NCBI GenBank assembly: GCA_015231405.1
Contig: JADGBR010000001.1
Span: 5,859 to 69,858 of the forward strand
Source: Candidatus Omnitrophota bacterium
GTDB lineage: Bacteria > Omnitrophota > Gorgyraeia > Tantalellales > Tantalellaceae
Reading direction: 5' to 3'
Length of the DNA stretch: 64,000 bases
The position numbers were made by a program, and so were the translations under genes. The notes under the pieces are model-generated. The model was not told where the DNA came from, ran no database searches, and saw only the letters and a list, made by a program, of their open reading frames with translations. Of the stretch, positions 1-9,928 are shown piece after piece (positions within the stretch are counted from its first letter, which is position 1; every line of letters begins with the position of its first letter).

Positions 1-1917
1 AAAACTCAGAGTGCGGTCGAGATATTCTCCGGATATTTAAAAGGCGAAAAGGTTGACATTGAAGCAATGTTACATATTCTCTTGTTTGTCCAGACGCATG
101 AAACCGTCCACGCGCTCGAAAGGACCCAGGATTGGACCCATGACCCTACATTTTTCGAGGAGTGGAAAAAGATGGCTGACTTCCTGATCAGGGATCCGGG
201 TAAGGTTCGGGAGCTTCTTGACAAGGTAAAAGGCAGGTATTCCGGGACTTATATCCCGGCGGCAGATTTCGGTAAATTCCTTAATGAAACAGCTCCGGAT
301 AAGTTGCCGGGGATCGATACCCCTATTTCTGGAACTGATACTGCCACGGTAGATAAAACCATAGGAGAAGGTTTGATAGGTAATGTCGTCGGGGATAAGC
401 CAGGCAGCGTTCATTTTGGCAAACGCCTGACCTCGGGTTTTAGCGTAAAAGTCTCTGGTGATATTGTAGAGTTCCGGCATGAAGGGCTCAGGGCGCCTGT
501 CGAGGTCAGAATTTCAGCCAAAAAAGGCATGGCCGGGAGCGTTGCTAAAGCGATTGAAATGGCTTCCTCCGCCAAATCTACTTTTCTCACCGATAAAGAG
601 AAAGATGTTCTAAAGGGCCTTAAAGGCAGGAAAATAGTTCTCTTGAAAGATGACAGGGAGATAAAAGGAGGATTTGGGCGGCTCGGCGGTGAGGACGCGG
701 TTTTCCTCAGTGAAAGTCTGGCCTCTGAAAGCGAGCATGGTTATCTTGCGTTAATACATGAGTTAGGTGAAGGGGGAGTATTCAGACCTGAGTCCATGAT
801 CGATAATTCTTTCCTCGATATTAAAGGAGCCGATACCGGGATAGAAGAACTTAAAGACGAGACGCGGCCCCTCAGTGATATCATAAAGGATGTTTCTGGG
901 ACCGGGATATTATCCGGTTTCGCGCATACGTTCATGCGCGGTGTTGGGGAAAAAGTACGTGAAGCGTACAGGGAGTTCTCCGTGAAGGTAGGAACAGAAC
1001 AGATATCGTCAATGTCGTGCGTCGAATTTATTAAAGGCCTGGAAGCATCGCTTAAAAGGGTAAACAGTTCGAATAAATTGACCGCCGCCGAAAAGACGCT
1101 TATTTACCTGAATTTCGGTAAGAAGGGTTCATTCGCCGCGCGTGCCGCCGAGACCGGCATGGACTTGAACGCCATGATGCTTGAGGGATTCCAGGGCCGG
1201 CTCGATATGGCGGGTAATCTCGCCTTCACCGCGAAGATAAAGAAGCTGGATGACGAGCTGCGGAAAGGTTGCCAGAATTACCTGCTATTGCCGGGTTATA
1301 ACTTAGAACTTGACCAGGACGCCTCCAGGCTCGGCAGGAAGGTAGCCCGTGAATATACGGAAAAAGGCACGGGCACCACTATCAACTTTTTTGACGGGAC
1401 GAATCTTGAGGAGAGGGTGGCCAATATCGCAAAGAACATAACGAAAGATATGGCCAAAGGCGCTTCGTCGATGGCTTTTATAGTTTGTCTTTCCTCCGAC
1501 GAGAAAAAACGCGTAGCAGGTGAGCTCGAAAGGTACCCGGATATCAAGGGAAGAGTTATTATCGTTAACCATTCCGAGGATGTGCCCGATGCAGATAAAA
1601 GCAACCTCTTAATAGACGTCCCGTCCCTCGAACGGGCCGGGACGCATCTTTTGAATTACAAAAGGTTGACCGAGGATTTTAAGCTCGACCCGGAAAGCGA
1701 CGAGATGCGTGAATACTCGAAGGGAATTCTGAGCTCTTTCGCCCAAAGGGTCATTTCCGGAATAACCGACGATGAGGTATCCCGGATGAAGTCCTCTGAA
1801 CTCGCAAGGTACATGTCGAAACTTCTTGAAGGAGATACGCCTATCAACGCCACCGGCATCTGGCGCGATATAGAATCACATCTCGAATCCATGGAACAGG
1901 TAGCCGTGTCGTTGTGA
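1..1917 (+). CDS. C-terminal part of a large hypothetical protein with an HExxH motif (5' end outside the window)
   Basis: Frame 1 has no stop from base 1 to 1917, so ATG 67 is probably internal. Motifs THETVH (HExxH) and LIHELGE. Ends ...ESMEQVAVSL. Confidence 0.8.
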   Translation, partial: KTQSAVEIFSGYLKGEKVDIEAMLHILLFVQTHETVHALERTQDWTHDPTFFEEWKKMADFLIRDPGKVRELLDKVKGRYSGTYIPAADFGKFLNETAPDKLPGIDTPISGTDTATVDKTIGEGLIGNVVGDKPGSVHFGKRLTSGFSVKVSGDIVEFRHEGLRAPVEVRISAKKGMAGSVAKAIEMASSAKSTFLTDKEKDVLKGLKGRKIVLLKDDREIKGGFGRLGGEDAVFLSESLASESEHGYLALIHELGEGGVFRPESMIDNSFLDIKGADTGIEELKDETRPLSDIIKDVSGTGILSGFAHTFMRGVGEKVREAYREFSVKVGTEQISSMSCVEFIKGLEASLKRVNSSNKLTAAEKTLIYLNFGKKGSFAARAAETGMDLNAMMLEGFQGRLDMAGNLAFTAKIKKLDDELRKGCQNYLLLPGYNLELDQDASRLGRKVAREYTEKGTGTTINFFDGTNLEERVANIAKNITKDMAKGASSMAFIVCLSSDEKKRVAGELERYPDIKGRVIIVNHSEDVPDADKSNLLIDVPSLERAGTHLLNYKRLTEDFKLDPESDEMREYSKGILSSFAQRVISGITDDEVSRMKSSELARYMSKLLEGDTPINATGIWRDIESHLESMEQVAVSL

Positions 1918-2011
1918 TCTATCCCACTTCGTGCCCGCCATTTTCACCGCAAGTTGTTGTGGCTTTTTCCCCGTGAGGATTATAGAATATCCAGTGGGAG
2001 GGGCGTGTTCG

Positions 2012-2791
2012 ATGATGAGGTATTTCCGTATTATATTTTGCGCGGTATTAATGGCGGGTTTGGTCTCGTTTTACGCGCGTCAGGCTTTTCCCTCAGGGAT
2101 CGTTGCGGGCATGACGAGAGAAGAGCTTCTGGGCGTTTATCCCGAGCCGGATAAGCTGACTTACCGGACAGAACCCAATAAGGAATGGATAACCTTCAAT
2201 AACAAGGAAGATAGCTCACCCGGCGAGATAATAACTTTCCGGCTCGTGGACGGAAAGGTCGAGGGATGGGATCTGGACGACCGTCATGAATTCATCCGCG
2301 AATACGTGGGCGAATTCGCTTCCGGCTATTACCGGAACGCGAATTCACTGACCGGAAAGGCCATCCTTAACGTGCTTACGAGCCTTCCATGGAAAGATGT
2401 ACTGGTACTTACTAACAGGAAACGGCCCGTAGTTTTCGTCGAGAACCATTCAGACGGCCCAGGTCGTATAGCCAATTCTACGGATATGAGATCTTTTAAA
2501 GGCGACCCACCCACATGCACGGAAGGTCTCTGGATAGTGAAGCTCTCGACTGAGCTTGAAGGCGCGGATTCCGTCGATGAGATAGAGAGCATCGTGGCCC
2601 ACGAGATGGCGCATTATCTGCTCGATAACGGCATGAGGGTCTCGGCGGATCCGGCGAGTACCGAAAAATATGAAAGGGAAGCCGCGGACCTGGTCGAAAA
2701 ATGGGGTTTCGCCGATGAGATGAAGAAAGCCAGGGCGCGGTTCGGGGGCTCGAGGCGCGCGGTAGTTTCTACAACCGGAGGTAATCAGTGA
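2012..2791 (+). CDS. Secreted zinc metallopeptidase (zincin) with an N-terminal SmpA/BamE-like segment
   Basis: GGGAGG upstream of ATG 2012; signal peptide; GMTREEL...P...W pattern; IVAHEMAH followed by EREAAD. Confidence 0.7.
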   Translation: MMRYFRIIFCAVLMAGLVSFYARQAFPSGIVAGMTREELLGVYPEPDKLTYRTEPNKEWITFNNKEDSSPGEIITFRLVDGKVEGWDLDDRHEFIREYVGEFASGYYRNANSLTGKAILNVLTSLPWKDVLVLTNRKRPVVFVENHSDGPGRIANSTDMRSFKGDPPTCTEGLWIVKLSTELEGADSVDEIESIVAHEMAHYLLDNGMRVSADPASTEKYEREAADLVEKWGFADEMKKARARFGGSRRAVVSTTGGNQ

Positions 2792-3117
2792 GGAAGGTCA
2801 ATTTTATTTTATTCTTTTTATTGGCTGTGGCTTTGTCCCGGAGCGCGGACGCCCAGCTCAATCAGACGACGCAGGGCGCTTATAACGGGGTATGGGTAGA
2901 GAATAAACTCAATTCTTCGTCGGGGCATATCGAGATATCGAGTTATGTATGCGGGGTAATAGATTGCGCGATAAAAATGGATCCCGATCTTATGGCGCGT
3001 TATTATTCCAATAGCACGAAGGAAAAGATAACCGGAGCCGTTATCAGCTATTATAAAGAGTACCCGTTCAAGAAATATAAGCCGATCATCGACGTTATAC
3101 TGTCGGGTTTTCAGTGA
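2788..3117 (+). CDS. Small secreted hypothetical protein
   Basis: GTG start overlaps the upstream stop; GGAGG RBS; signal peptide ending ADA. Confidence 0.7.
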   Translation: MRKVNFILFFLLAVALSRSADAQLNQTTQGAYNGVWVENKLNSSSGHIEISSYVCGVIDCAIKMDPDLMARYYSNSTKEKITGAVISYYKEYPFKKYKPIIDVILSGFQ

Positions 3118-3161
3118 TTTACCCGATAGCGGATATAGGAACCGTTGATACTTTTACTAAA

Positions 3162-3189
3162 CGCTAACCGCTAACCGCTGTCCGCTGTT
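3162..3189. repeat. Heptamer tandem array CGCTAAC/CGCTGTC x4
   Basis: cgctaac cgctaac cgctgtc cgctgtt; partial complementary arm gatagcg at 3125. Confidence 0.75.
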
Positions 3190-3204
3190 ATTTTCACGAT
3201 TTAC

Positions 3205-3233
3205 TTGAAACCCCCGGGTTAATCAGGTAGAAT
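3205..3233 (+). promoter_or_regulatory. Sigma-70-type promoter
   Basis: TTGAAA-17nt-TAGAAT upstream of the PilZ gene. Confidence 0.6.
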
Positions 3234-3261
3234 CTACACAATACGTGAACGCTAAGAGGAG

Positions 3262-3672
3262 ATGTTTATGGTAAAGACATTTGTCGAGAGAAGAAAATTC
3301 AAGCGGATAAAAGGTCCGTCTCTTTTGAGCTACAGACTTATCGCGGGTAGGGGTAAGGCTTCGGAATGGAATATGGCTGCGATAGTGGATATGGGGGCTG
3401 GCGGAGCTCTTTTCTACTCAAACACCGATCTCGGAGTGAATACCGAGCTCGAGGTGATGATGGTCATCGGGGAGACAAAAAAAAGAATAATCTCCGGGGC
3501 GAAGGTCCTCAGGATAATGGAAATAAAGAAACCTTCTATGTTCCTCACCGCGGTGCTTTTCCATAGGATCAATGAGAAGAGCCGTAAAGAGATCAACGGC
3601 ATCGTGGAAAAGGAGTCAGGAAAAAGATCAGTGCCGGGCCCTCTTAGGAGTGGAAAAAAACGTAATCCCTGA
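3262..3672 (+). CDS. PilZ domain protein
   Basis: ERRKFKR (RxxxR) and DMGAGG (variant of D/NxSxxG). Confidence 0.8.
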   Translation: MFMVKTFVERRKFKRIKGPSLLSYRLIAGRGKASEWNMAAIVDMGAGGALFYSNTDLGVNTELEVMMVIGETKKRIISGAKVLRIMEIKKPSMFLTAVLFHRINEKSRKEINGIVEKESGKRSVPGPLRSGKKRNP

Positions 3673-3985
3673 TCAGATCTCTCATATCATCCGACAATAT
3701 CATGAATATCAGCCCGGATTCATAATATCCTTTTCTGTCGGTTGAGGGGCGCGACCATTTAACCTCGGCCATAGTCGTAATACATTTTTTGTAAATGGGT
3801 ACTTCCACGATGATCATTACCTGCGTGCCGGTTATCGGTTCCCTGGAAGTCAGCATCCTGAGACCTGATTCTGAGATGTCAAGGGCTGTCATGGGCACTA
3901 CGATCTCGAGGTTGGGCCCCATGGCGCAACTCATGGTGAATTCCGTATGGACCCGTTTATGTTTTCTTACATGATCATCGTCCAT
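3644..3985 (-). CDS. PilZ domain protein
   Basis: RKHKR and DISESG motifs, plus the VKW...G beta-barrel pattern. Confidence 0.85.
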   Translation of the reverse strand: MDDDHVRKHKRVHTEFTMSCAMGPNLEIVVPMTALDISESGLRMLTSREPITGTQVMIIVEVPIYKKCITTMAEVKWSRPSTDRKGYYESGLIFMILSDDMRDLIRDYVFFHS

Positions 3986-4117
3986 TTGGCCTTTTATGCG
4001 ATCTCGGGGTTAATTTAATTTACAATATCTTTTTTTTTAGTATATCATAGTTTTTCAGCGATGCAAACCGGTTGGCGGTCGATACTGAAGCCTTAAGATG
4101 AGACTGAAAAAAACACA

Positions 4118-5038
4118 ATGAAGAATATCGCTCGGCATTGCGGACTCTGTAACAGGAAATGCGGCGTGGACAGGCTCATTGGAGAGCCCGGTGCGTGCGG
4201 GACGGGGCGTCTCATGGCCGTTCACAGCTACCAGGCGCATCCGGGCGAGGAGCCTCCGATAAGCGGCACCATGGGGTCCGGGACGATATTTTTCTCCCAT
4301 TGCCCGATGGCATGCGTTTATTGCCAGAACTACAGGTTCAGCCAGGAAGGTGAAGGGGCGGAAGTGAGCGTAACTGAACTTTCCGGGATCATGCTGGAGC
4401 TGGAGTCACGGGGCTGCCACAATGTGAATCTGGTCTCACCGACCCATTACGCCCATTTGATCGTCCAGGCTATAGATCTGGCTAGGGAAAACGGATTAAG
4501 CGTCCCTCTTGTGTACAATACCGGCGGGTATGACAGTCTCAGAACGGTGCTTTCGCTGAAAGGGAAGGTCGATATTTATCTCGCCGATATGAAGTATTCT
4601 GGCGAAAGAGAGGCTTATGAATATTCCGGGATAGCATCTTATCCCGAACTCAATCGTAAAGCCGTCAAGGCTATGCATGAACAGGTGGGCGGACTTGTGA
4701 TCGATAACGGAATTGCCACGAGGGGGCTCATCATAAGGATACTGATACTTCCCAATGACATAGCAGGAGTATCCGGGACGCTCGAATTCATAAAAAAAGA
4801 AATTGGGACAGATGTCCATCTGAGCGTAATGAGCCAGTATTATCCGGTTTACAGATCCGGTAAATTCGCCAAAATATCCCGGAGGATAAATGAGCCGGAA
4901 TATCTGGCCGTTAAGCATAAGATCGATGAACTTGGGTTCTTGAACGGCTGGATACAGCCATTCGATCCAGATTTCGATAAGAAACTTTTAGGTGAAACAT
5001 TTGAACCTAATGTTAAAAAAAATAAAAGTAAAATTTGA
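4118..5038 (+). CDS. Radical SAM protein, PflX-like
   Basis: CPMACVYC (CxxxCxxC), N-terminal CGLCNRKC, GEEPPISG, NVNLVSPTH. Confidence 0.88.
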   Translation: MKNIARHCGLCNRKCGVDRLIGEPGACGTGRLMAVHSYQAHPGEEPPISGTMGSGTIFFSHCPMACVYCQNYRFSQEGEGAEVSVTELSGIMLELESRGCHNVNLVSPTHYAHLIVQAIDLARENGLSVPLVYNTGGYDSLRTVLSLKGKVDIYLADMKYSGEREAYEYSGIASYPELNRKAVKAMHEQVGGLVIDNGIATRGLIIRILILPNDIAGVSGTLEFIKKEIGTDVHLSVMSQYYPVYRSGKFAKISRRINEPEYLAVKHKIDELGFLNGWIQPFDPDFDKKLLGETFEPNVKKNKSKI

Positions 5039-5063
5039 CTTTCCGATGATTGTAGTGTATAAT
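5035..5063 (+). promoter_or_regulatory. Sigma-70-type promoter
   Basis: TTGACT-17nt-TATAAT. Confidence 0.7.
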
Positions 5064-5105
5064 TAAATTAGAATAAGATAAAGCCAGAATATTCGGGAGG
5101 TGTAG

Positions 5106-5798
5106 GTGGGTAGGCTTTTAATCCCCATTGTATTTGTGACATTGCTCATAAACAGTTCGCTTACGCATATATTTGCCGTATCTGACGGAGTTTATGTTAT
5201 TGATTTTAAAGGAGACGTTAAGGTAGTCAGACAAGGCACAAATACCGGGGTGCAGTGTTTCAACAACATGGGGGTAGACCCGGGGGACATCATACATACC
5301 GGTCCCGGGTCCTCGGCAACCATCGGGTATGTTTCAAGATCATCTTTCAACGCCAAGATATCCGAGAATACGCTCGTCCAGATAAGGGATGGGCAGCCTT
5401 TCTGGATGGAACTTTCTACGGGTGGGCTATTGACAAGGCTCGGGAATCTTCAACCCGGCGAACAATTCATGATCAAAACTCCCGTCGGGGCCTGCGGAGC
5501 CAGGGGCACCGGCTGGTATATGACGACGAACGGCCACGAGGACCACATCACCGCTTTTGAGCATAATGTCTATTACCGCCCACTGGACCAGTACGGCGAC
5601 CTTTCCGAAAATGAAATATGGATCAACGAGGGATATGCGCGAAAGGCCGTAAAGTATGAGGAACCCGGACAAATGACAGCCGCAGACCCTGGGTTTTTGG
5701 ACTATCTCTGGAAGGAAGCCCATACAATGGCCGAAATAGGGTCCGCGCATACCGGTATAATAGAAAAAAAGAATATCGGCACAAACGGGACAATTTAG
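5106..5798 (+). CDS. Secreted FecR-domain protein
   Basis: Signal peptide; GDIIHTG and IKTPVGACGARGT (TP.....RGT) FecR motifs; GGGAGG RBS. Confidence 0.8.
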   Translation: MGRLLIPIVFVTLLINSSLTHIFAVSDGVYVIDFKGDVKVVRQGTNTGVQCFNNMGVDPGDIIHTGPGSSATIGYVSRSSFNAKISENTLVQIRDGQPFWMELSTGGLLTRLGNLQPGEQFMIKTPVGACGARGTGWYMTTNGHEDHITAFEHNVYYRPLDQYGDLSENEIWINEGYARKAVKYEEPGQMTAADPGFLDYLWKEAHTMAEIGSAHTGIIEKKNIGTNGTI

Positions 5799-5842
5799 CA
5801 ACGTCCAGGAGAGGATCATCCGGAATGATAGACATTATTTTT

Positions 5843-5870
5843 TTGCATAAGACCGATATTGAGGTATAAT
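5843..5870 (+). promoter_or_regulatory. Sigma-70-type promoter
   Basis: TTGCAT-16nt-TATAAT. Confidence 0.55.
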
Positions 5871-5913
5871 CTTTGTAACGATAGTTATTCGTAATTAAAT
5901 ATCGAGGGATCCA

Positions 5914-6318
5914 GTGTTTAAGAAAAAGTATTTGGGTATAATTACCGGAGATGTTGTCACAGCCGACGAGAAAAGTTCAGCGGCGGACATATGCCGGCTC
6001 ATGGGCCAGCATGACATAGGCGTAGTGGTCATAATGAAAGACAGCCTGGTCGTCGGGATAGTCAGCGAGAGGGATATCGCCAGGCGGGTCTGCGCAAATA
6101 ACCTGTCAGCTGAAAATACTATGGCGGATAGCTTCATGACCAGGGAAGTGGTCTCGGTTGAGATCAAAGACGGTCTTAACAACATCTACAAGACGCTGTG
6201 CGAAATGAAGTTCAGGCACCTGGTAATTATGGACAGGAATAAACTGGTGGGCATTACCTCGAGAAGAGATCTCCTGGACGTGCTTGTCGGCAGAAAATCA
6301 AAGGGGATGGCGCTCTGA
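5914..6318 (+). CDS. CBS-pair domain protein
   Basis: VVGIVSERD and LVGITSRRDL tandem CBS motifs. Confidence 0.88.
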   Translation: MFKKKYLGIITGDVVTADEKSSAADICRLMGQHDIGVVVIMKDSLVVGIVSERDIARRVCANNLSAENTMADSFMTREVVSVEIKDGLNNIYKTLCEMKFRHLVIMDRNKLVGITSRRDLLDVLVGRKSKGMAL

Positions 6319-6319
6319 T

Positions 6320-6634
6320 ATGGACCAAAACAGCGGATGGAACGGGAAGGATAGAAGAAAGCATACTAGGAGAGAGTTACCCTGCAATATAATGGTAGTC
6401 CCTCACGGAGACAAAATAATCTATTCTCATACCGAGGATATTTCAGAGAAAGGCGTAAGAGTGATCATTGACGAGAAACTTGCGGTCGGTTCGAGGATAT
6501 ACCTGGAGATATACTTTGACGAAGAGCCGATATTCTGCAAAGCTCAGGTAGCCTGGGTAGAGGAAACCGACACCCCTGACGGAAATAAAGCATACAATAC
6601 CGGTATTGAGATCAAATCAAGGGAAAATTTCTAG
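6320..6634 (+). CDS. PilZ domain protein
   Basis: DRRKHTR and DISEKG; ATG 6320 directly follows the CBS stop. Confidence 0.85.
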   Translation: MDQNSGWNGKDRRKHTRRELPCNIMVVPHGDKIIYSHTEDISEKGVRVIIDEKLAVGSRIYLEIYFDEEPIFCKAQVAWVEETDTPDGNKAYNTGIEIKSRENF

Positions 6635-6658
6635 TTCTTCGCGTCCATTACCCCGCAT

Positions 6659-7219
6659 ATGCAAATACTCAATCTTGAGAAAATAGGTCCGCTTGTTCTC
6701 GAAAGGAATAAACGGGTGAAACGTATCGTTCTCACCCGGAAAAATCCGGGGGAGACAAGAGTTAAGGTCCCGGCCAGGTTATCGTTCGAGGAGACAAAGA
6801 ACATTCTTTCCAGGAACACTGACTGGATAATGAGATTCCTGTCGAAAGTGGACAGGGCAGAAAAGGCGCATAGCTCCCTTGAACTTCTGGAGATCACGCC
6901 GGTCGAGGCCTCCCGCAGGCTGATATCCAGGTCGGTGGTTCTGGCGGATAAATTCGGTTTTTCATTCCGGAAGATCTATGTCAAAAATCTCAACCGAGCC
7001 TGGGGGACCTGTTCCCCAAGGAATAACATAACCTTGAACAGGACCCTGGCGAGGCTTCCCGATGAGCTTCTGGACTACGTTATCCTCCATGAGCTTATTC
7101 ACACGAGGGTGAAAGACCATTCGGCGGTGTTCTGGGATGAGTTCAAAAAGGTCCTGCCGGACGCGAAAGAGCTGAACAGAAAAATAAAGAAATACCAGCT
7201 ACATCTTATCAGGGTATAG
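6659..7219 (+). CDS. YgjP/DUF45-family metal-dependent hydrolase
   Basis: WGTCS, YVILHELIH, HSAVFW. Confidence 0.88.
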   Translation: MQILNLEKIGPLVLERNKRVKRIVLTRKNPGETRVKVPARLSFEETKNILSRNTDWIMRFLSKVDRAEKAHSSLELLEITPVEASRRLISRSVVLADKFGFSFRKIYVKNLNRAWGTCSPRNNITLNRTLARLPDELLDYVILHELIHTRVKDHSAVFWDEFKKVLPDAKELNRKIKKYQLHLIRV

Positions 7220-7230
7220 GGGATATTCCT

Positions 7231-8349
7231 ATGGAAAGGGCGGATATAGTAATTATCGGGGCAGGCGTGGTGGGGCTGGCTATCGCCTCCGAAGTGAGCC
7301 GCGCATCAAGGGATGTTCTTATCCTTGAAAAGAACCCGCAATGGGGCATGGAAACTTCGAGCCGCAACAGCGAGGTAGTTCACGGAGGACTTTATTACCG
7401 CCCCGGATCCTTGAAAGCCGAGGCCTCTCGATCCGGAAGGGAAAGAATATACGCCTTGGCAGAGGAGAACGGCATCCCGTTCAAAAAGACCGGCAAGCTC
7501 ATCGTGGCTGTTAACGAAGGCGAGACCGGATACCTCGAGTCGCTCATGAAGAACGCAGCCGATAATAACGTCGTCGCGATAATGCTGGACGAGAAAGAGG
7601 CGAGGCGGATGGAACCCGCCGTGAAATGCCGGGCGGCGCTATTTTCCCCGGAAACGGGTATAATCGATACCCACGAGCTGATGAAATATTTTTTGCGTAA
7701 AGCCCGGAGCTTAGGCGCGGAGCTGGTCACACTGGCGGAAGTGACCGGTATAGAGCGTTCGGCGGGAGGGTATGTTGTCAAAGTCGACAACTCAGGTGAA
7801 GAGGTCGAGATATCGGCGAGGGTCGTTATTAACTCCGCCGGTAATAATGCCGGTAAGATAGCGTCCATGGCAGGCATAGATATCGGCAAGTGCGGGTATG
7901 AGCAGATCTACTCAAAGGGAGAATATTTCAGGGTGTCGGACAAATTCCTGAATAGGACAAAACGGCTTGTGTATCCCGTCCCTCTGGAAAAAAGTCTGGG
8001 CATACATACGGTCCTCGACATAAGAGGCGGCGTGAGGCTGGGGCCGGACGAGACGGTGGTACCAAAGATAGATCATACAGTAGATGCGAATAAGAGAAAG
8101 GCTTTTTACGATTCCGTTAAGAGGTTCATCCCTTCGATCGAGGAAGAGTGGCTGTCGCCCGATATTGCGGGTATACGCCCGCAATTGAAATATCCTAACG
8201 ACGGGAGTTTTAGGGATTTTATTATCTCACACGAGGCTCCGAAAGGTATGGAAGGGTTCATAGATCTCATAGGTATCGAGTCGCCCGGGCTCACCGCTTC
8301 TCCGGTCATCGCCCTTAGGGTCGCGGGGATAGTCGATGGATTATTCTAG
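7231..8349 (+). CDS. FAD-dependent oxidoreductase, L-2-hydroxyglutarate oxidase-like
   Basis: GAGVVG, TSSRNSEVVHGG, KGEYF, GIESPGLT. Confidence 0.88.
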   Translation: MERADIVIIGAGVVGLAIASEVSRASRDVLILEKNPQWGMETSSRNSEVVHGGLYYRPGSLKAEASRSGRERIYALAEENGIPFKKTGKLIVAVNEGETGYLESLMKNAADNNVVAIMLDEKEARRMEPAVKCRAALFSPETGIIDTHELMKYFLRKARSLGAELVTLAEVTGIERSAGGYVVKVDNSGEEVEISARVVINSAGNNAGKIASMAGIDIGKCGYEQIYSKGEYFRVSDKFLNRTKRLVYPVPLEKSLGIHTVLDIRGGVRLGPDETVVPKIDHTVDANKRKAFYDSVKRFIPSIEEEWLSPDIAGIRPQLKYPNDGSFRDFIISHEAPKGMEGFIDLIGIESPGLTASPVIALRVAGIVDGLF

Positions 8350-8424
8350 TGTCGGGGATGGGAATACTTGATAATTGCGCGTTCTTCATATATATTTACA
8401 TGTGGTAGCGAACCACACTAATAC

Positions 8425-9789
8425 ATGGAAAAATCAGTATCGCTCAGGTATGTTTTTTTTATTCTCCCGGTGATCTTATGGTCATTCCAGGGGCCATGCG
8501 TGTACGCGATCGAAGGGACTCCCGGCAAGATCCAGCTTCCGGACGGCTCAGTCTATGAAGGGAACACCAGGGACGGGGTATACGAAGGCAAGGGAAAATA
8601 TTCCTGGCCAGGAGGTGACGTCTACGAAGGCGAATTCAAGGAGGGCGTGGCCCAGGGGCGAGGGACCTATAAATGGAAAAATGGCGGCCTTTATGAGGGA
8701 GAGTTCGCTCTAGACGAGATGGCGGGGAAAGGAAAAGGGGTTTACATTTCTCCTTCAGGTGAAAGATATGAAGGGGATTTCGAAGACGGCGCGCCCGACG
8801 GCAGAGGAGTTCTCGTTAAGGAGAACGGCGACAGGTATGAAGGGGAGTTCCAAAGGGGCTTTATGACCGGCGAGGGTGTCTACACCGATACAGAAGGCAA
8901 CCGCTACGAAGGAAAATTTCTTAGGGGGATCTTCGCAAATAACAGGGGGAAGCTCACGATAAAAAGCGGTGACGTTTACATAGGTGAAATTAAGAATGGG
9001 AAGCCCAACGGGACATGTATCTGGCAGGGGGCTAACGGCGAACGGTATGAGGGAGAATTCAGGGATGGTACGCTCCTGGGGCAAAAGACCCTGTTCCTCA
9101 TGAACGGCGGAAAATTCAAAGGAAGGATCGAGAACGATCTGCCCCAGGGTAAGGGGATCCTCACCAAACAGGATGGGGACAAATACGAGGCTGATTTCGA
9201 TAAGGGCGAGAGAAAAGGCGACGCTAAGTTGACCAGAGGGAACGGGGACGTTTACAAAGGGCCTTTAAAGAACTGGCTCATGAACGGAAAGGGGCGTTTG
9301 GAGCTTCAAGGCGGGGACGTTTACGAGGGTGATTTTGTCGACGGGGTAATAGAGGGCAGGGGTAGATACATTTCAAAGAATGGTAACACGTATGTAGGCG
9401 ATTTCTCCAAGGGGTATCCCAACGGGTCAGGCGAGTTGACCAGTATGAACGGGGACGTTTATAAAGGAATTTTCAAGAACGGAGTTATGTGGGGGAAAGG
9501 TTCGTATACCTGGAAGAATAAGAGCGTTTACGAGGGCGATTTTATTAACGGCCTTCCTCACGGCAGGGGTATCCTCATCTGGGAGAACGGCGACATATAC
9601 GAAGGCCAGTTCAGCGAAGGGAAACAGAACGGCAAGGGTGTTTATATAGGTATAGACGGGACAAGGTACGACGGCGAGTTCAGGGATAACCGTTTCCATG
9701 GCAAGGGCGTTTACTTCGATATTTCCGGCGAGAAATTCGAAGGTGAGTTCAGCTTTGGCGAATACATGGGTAAACAGCAGAAAAATTGA
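8425..9789 (+). CDS. Secreted MORN-repeat protein
   Basis: Signal peptide followed by many YEG.F..G...G.G repeats. Confidence 0.9.
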   Translation: MEKSVSLRYVFFILPVILWSFQGPCVYAIEGTPGKIQLPDGSVYEGNTRDGVYEGKGKYSWPGGDVYEGEFKEGVAQGRGTYKWKNGGLYEGEFALDEMAGKGKGVYISPSGERYEGDFEDGAPDGRGVLVKENGDRYEGEFQRGFMTGEGVYTDTEGNRYEGKFLRGIFANNRGKLTIKSGDVYIGEIKNGKPNGTCIWQGANGERYEGEFRDGTLLGQKTLFLMNGGKFKGRIENDLPQGKGILTKQDGDKYEADFDKGERKGDAKLTRGNGDVYKGPLKNWLMNGKGRLELQGGDVYEGDFVDGVIEGRGRYISKNGNTYVGDFSKGYPNGSGELTSMNGDVYKGIFKNGVMWGKGSYTWKNKSVYEGDFINGLPHGRGILIWENGDIYEGQFSEGKQNGKGVYIGIDGTRYDGEFRDNRFHGKGVYFDISGEKFEGEFSFGEYMGKQQKN

Positions 9790-9928
9790 TATCTTCTGGA
9801 ACTTTTTTCATACCATATCTGTTATATTTAATGAAGTGTTTTTTTATTTGAGAAATAATTATTTTTAATGTATCATATAGAACTGATTTCGTATCATAAA
9901 TAACAAGCTAGTCAGGAGGGTGATATCT

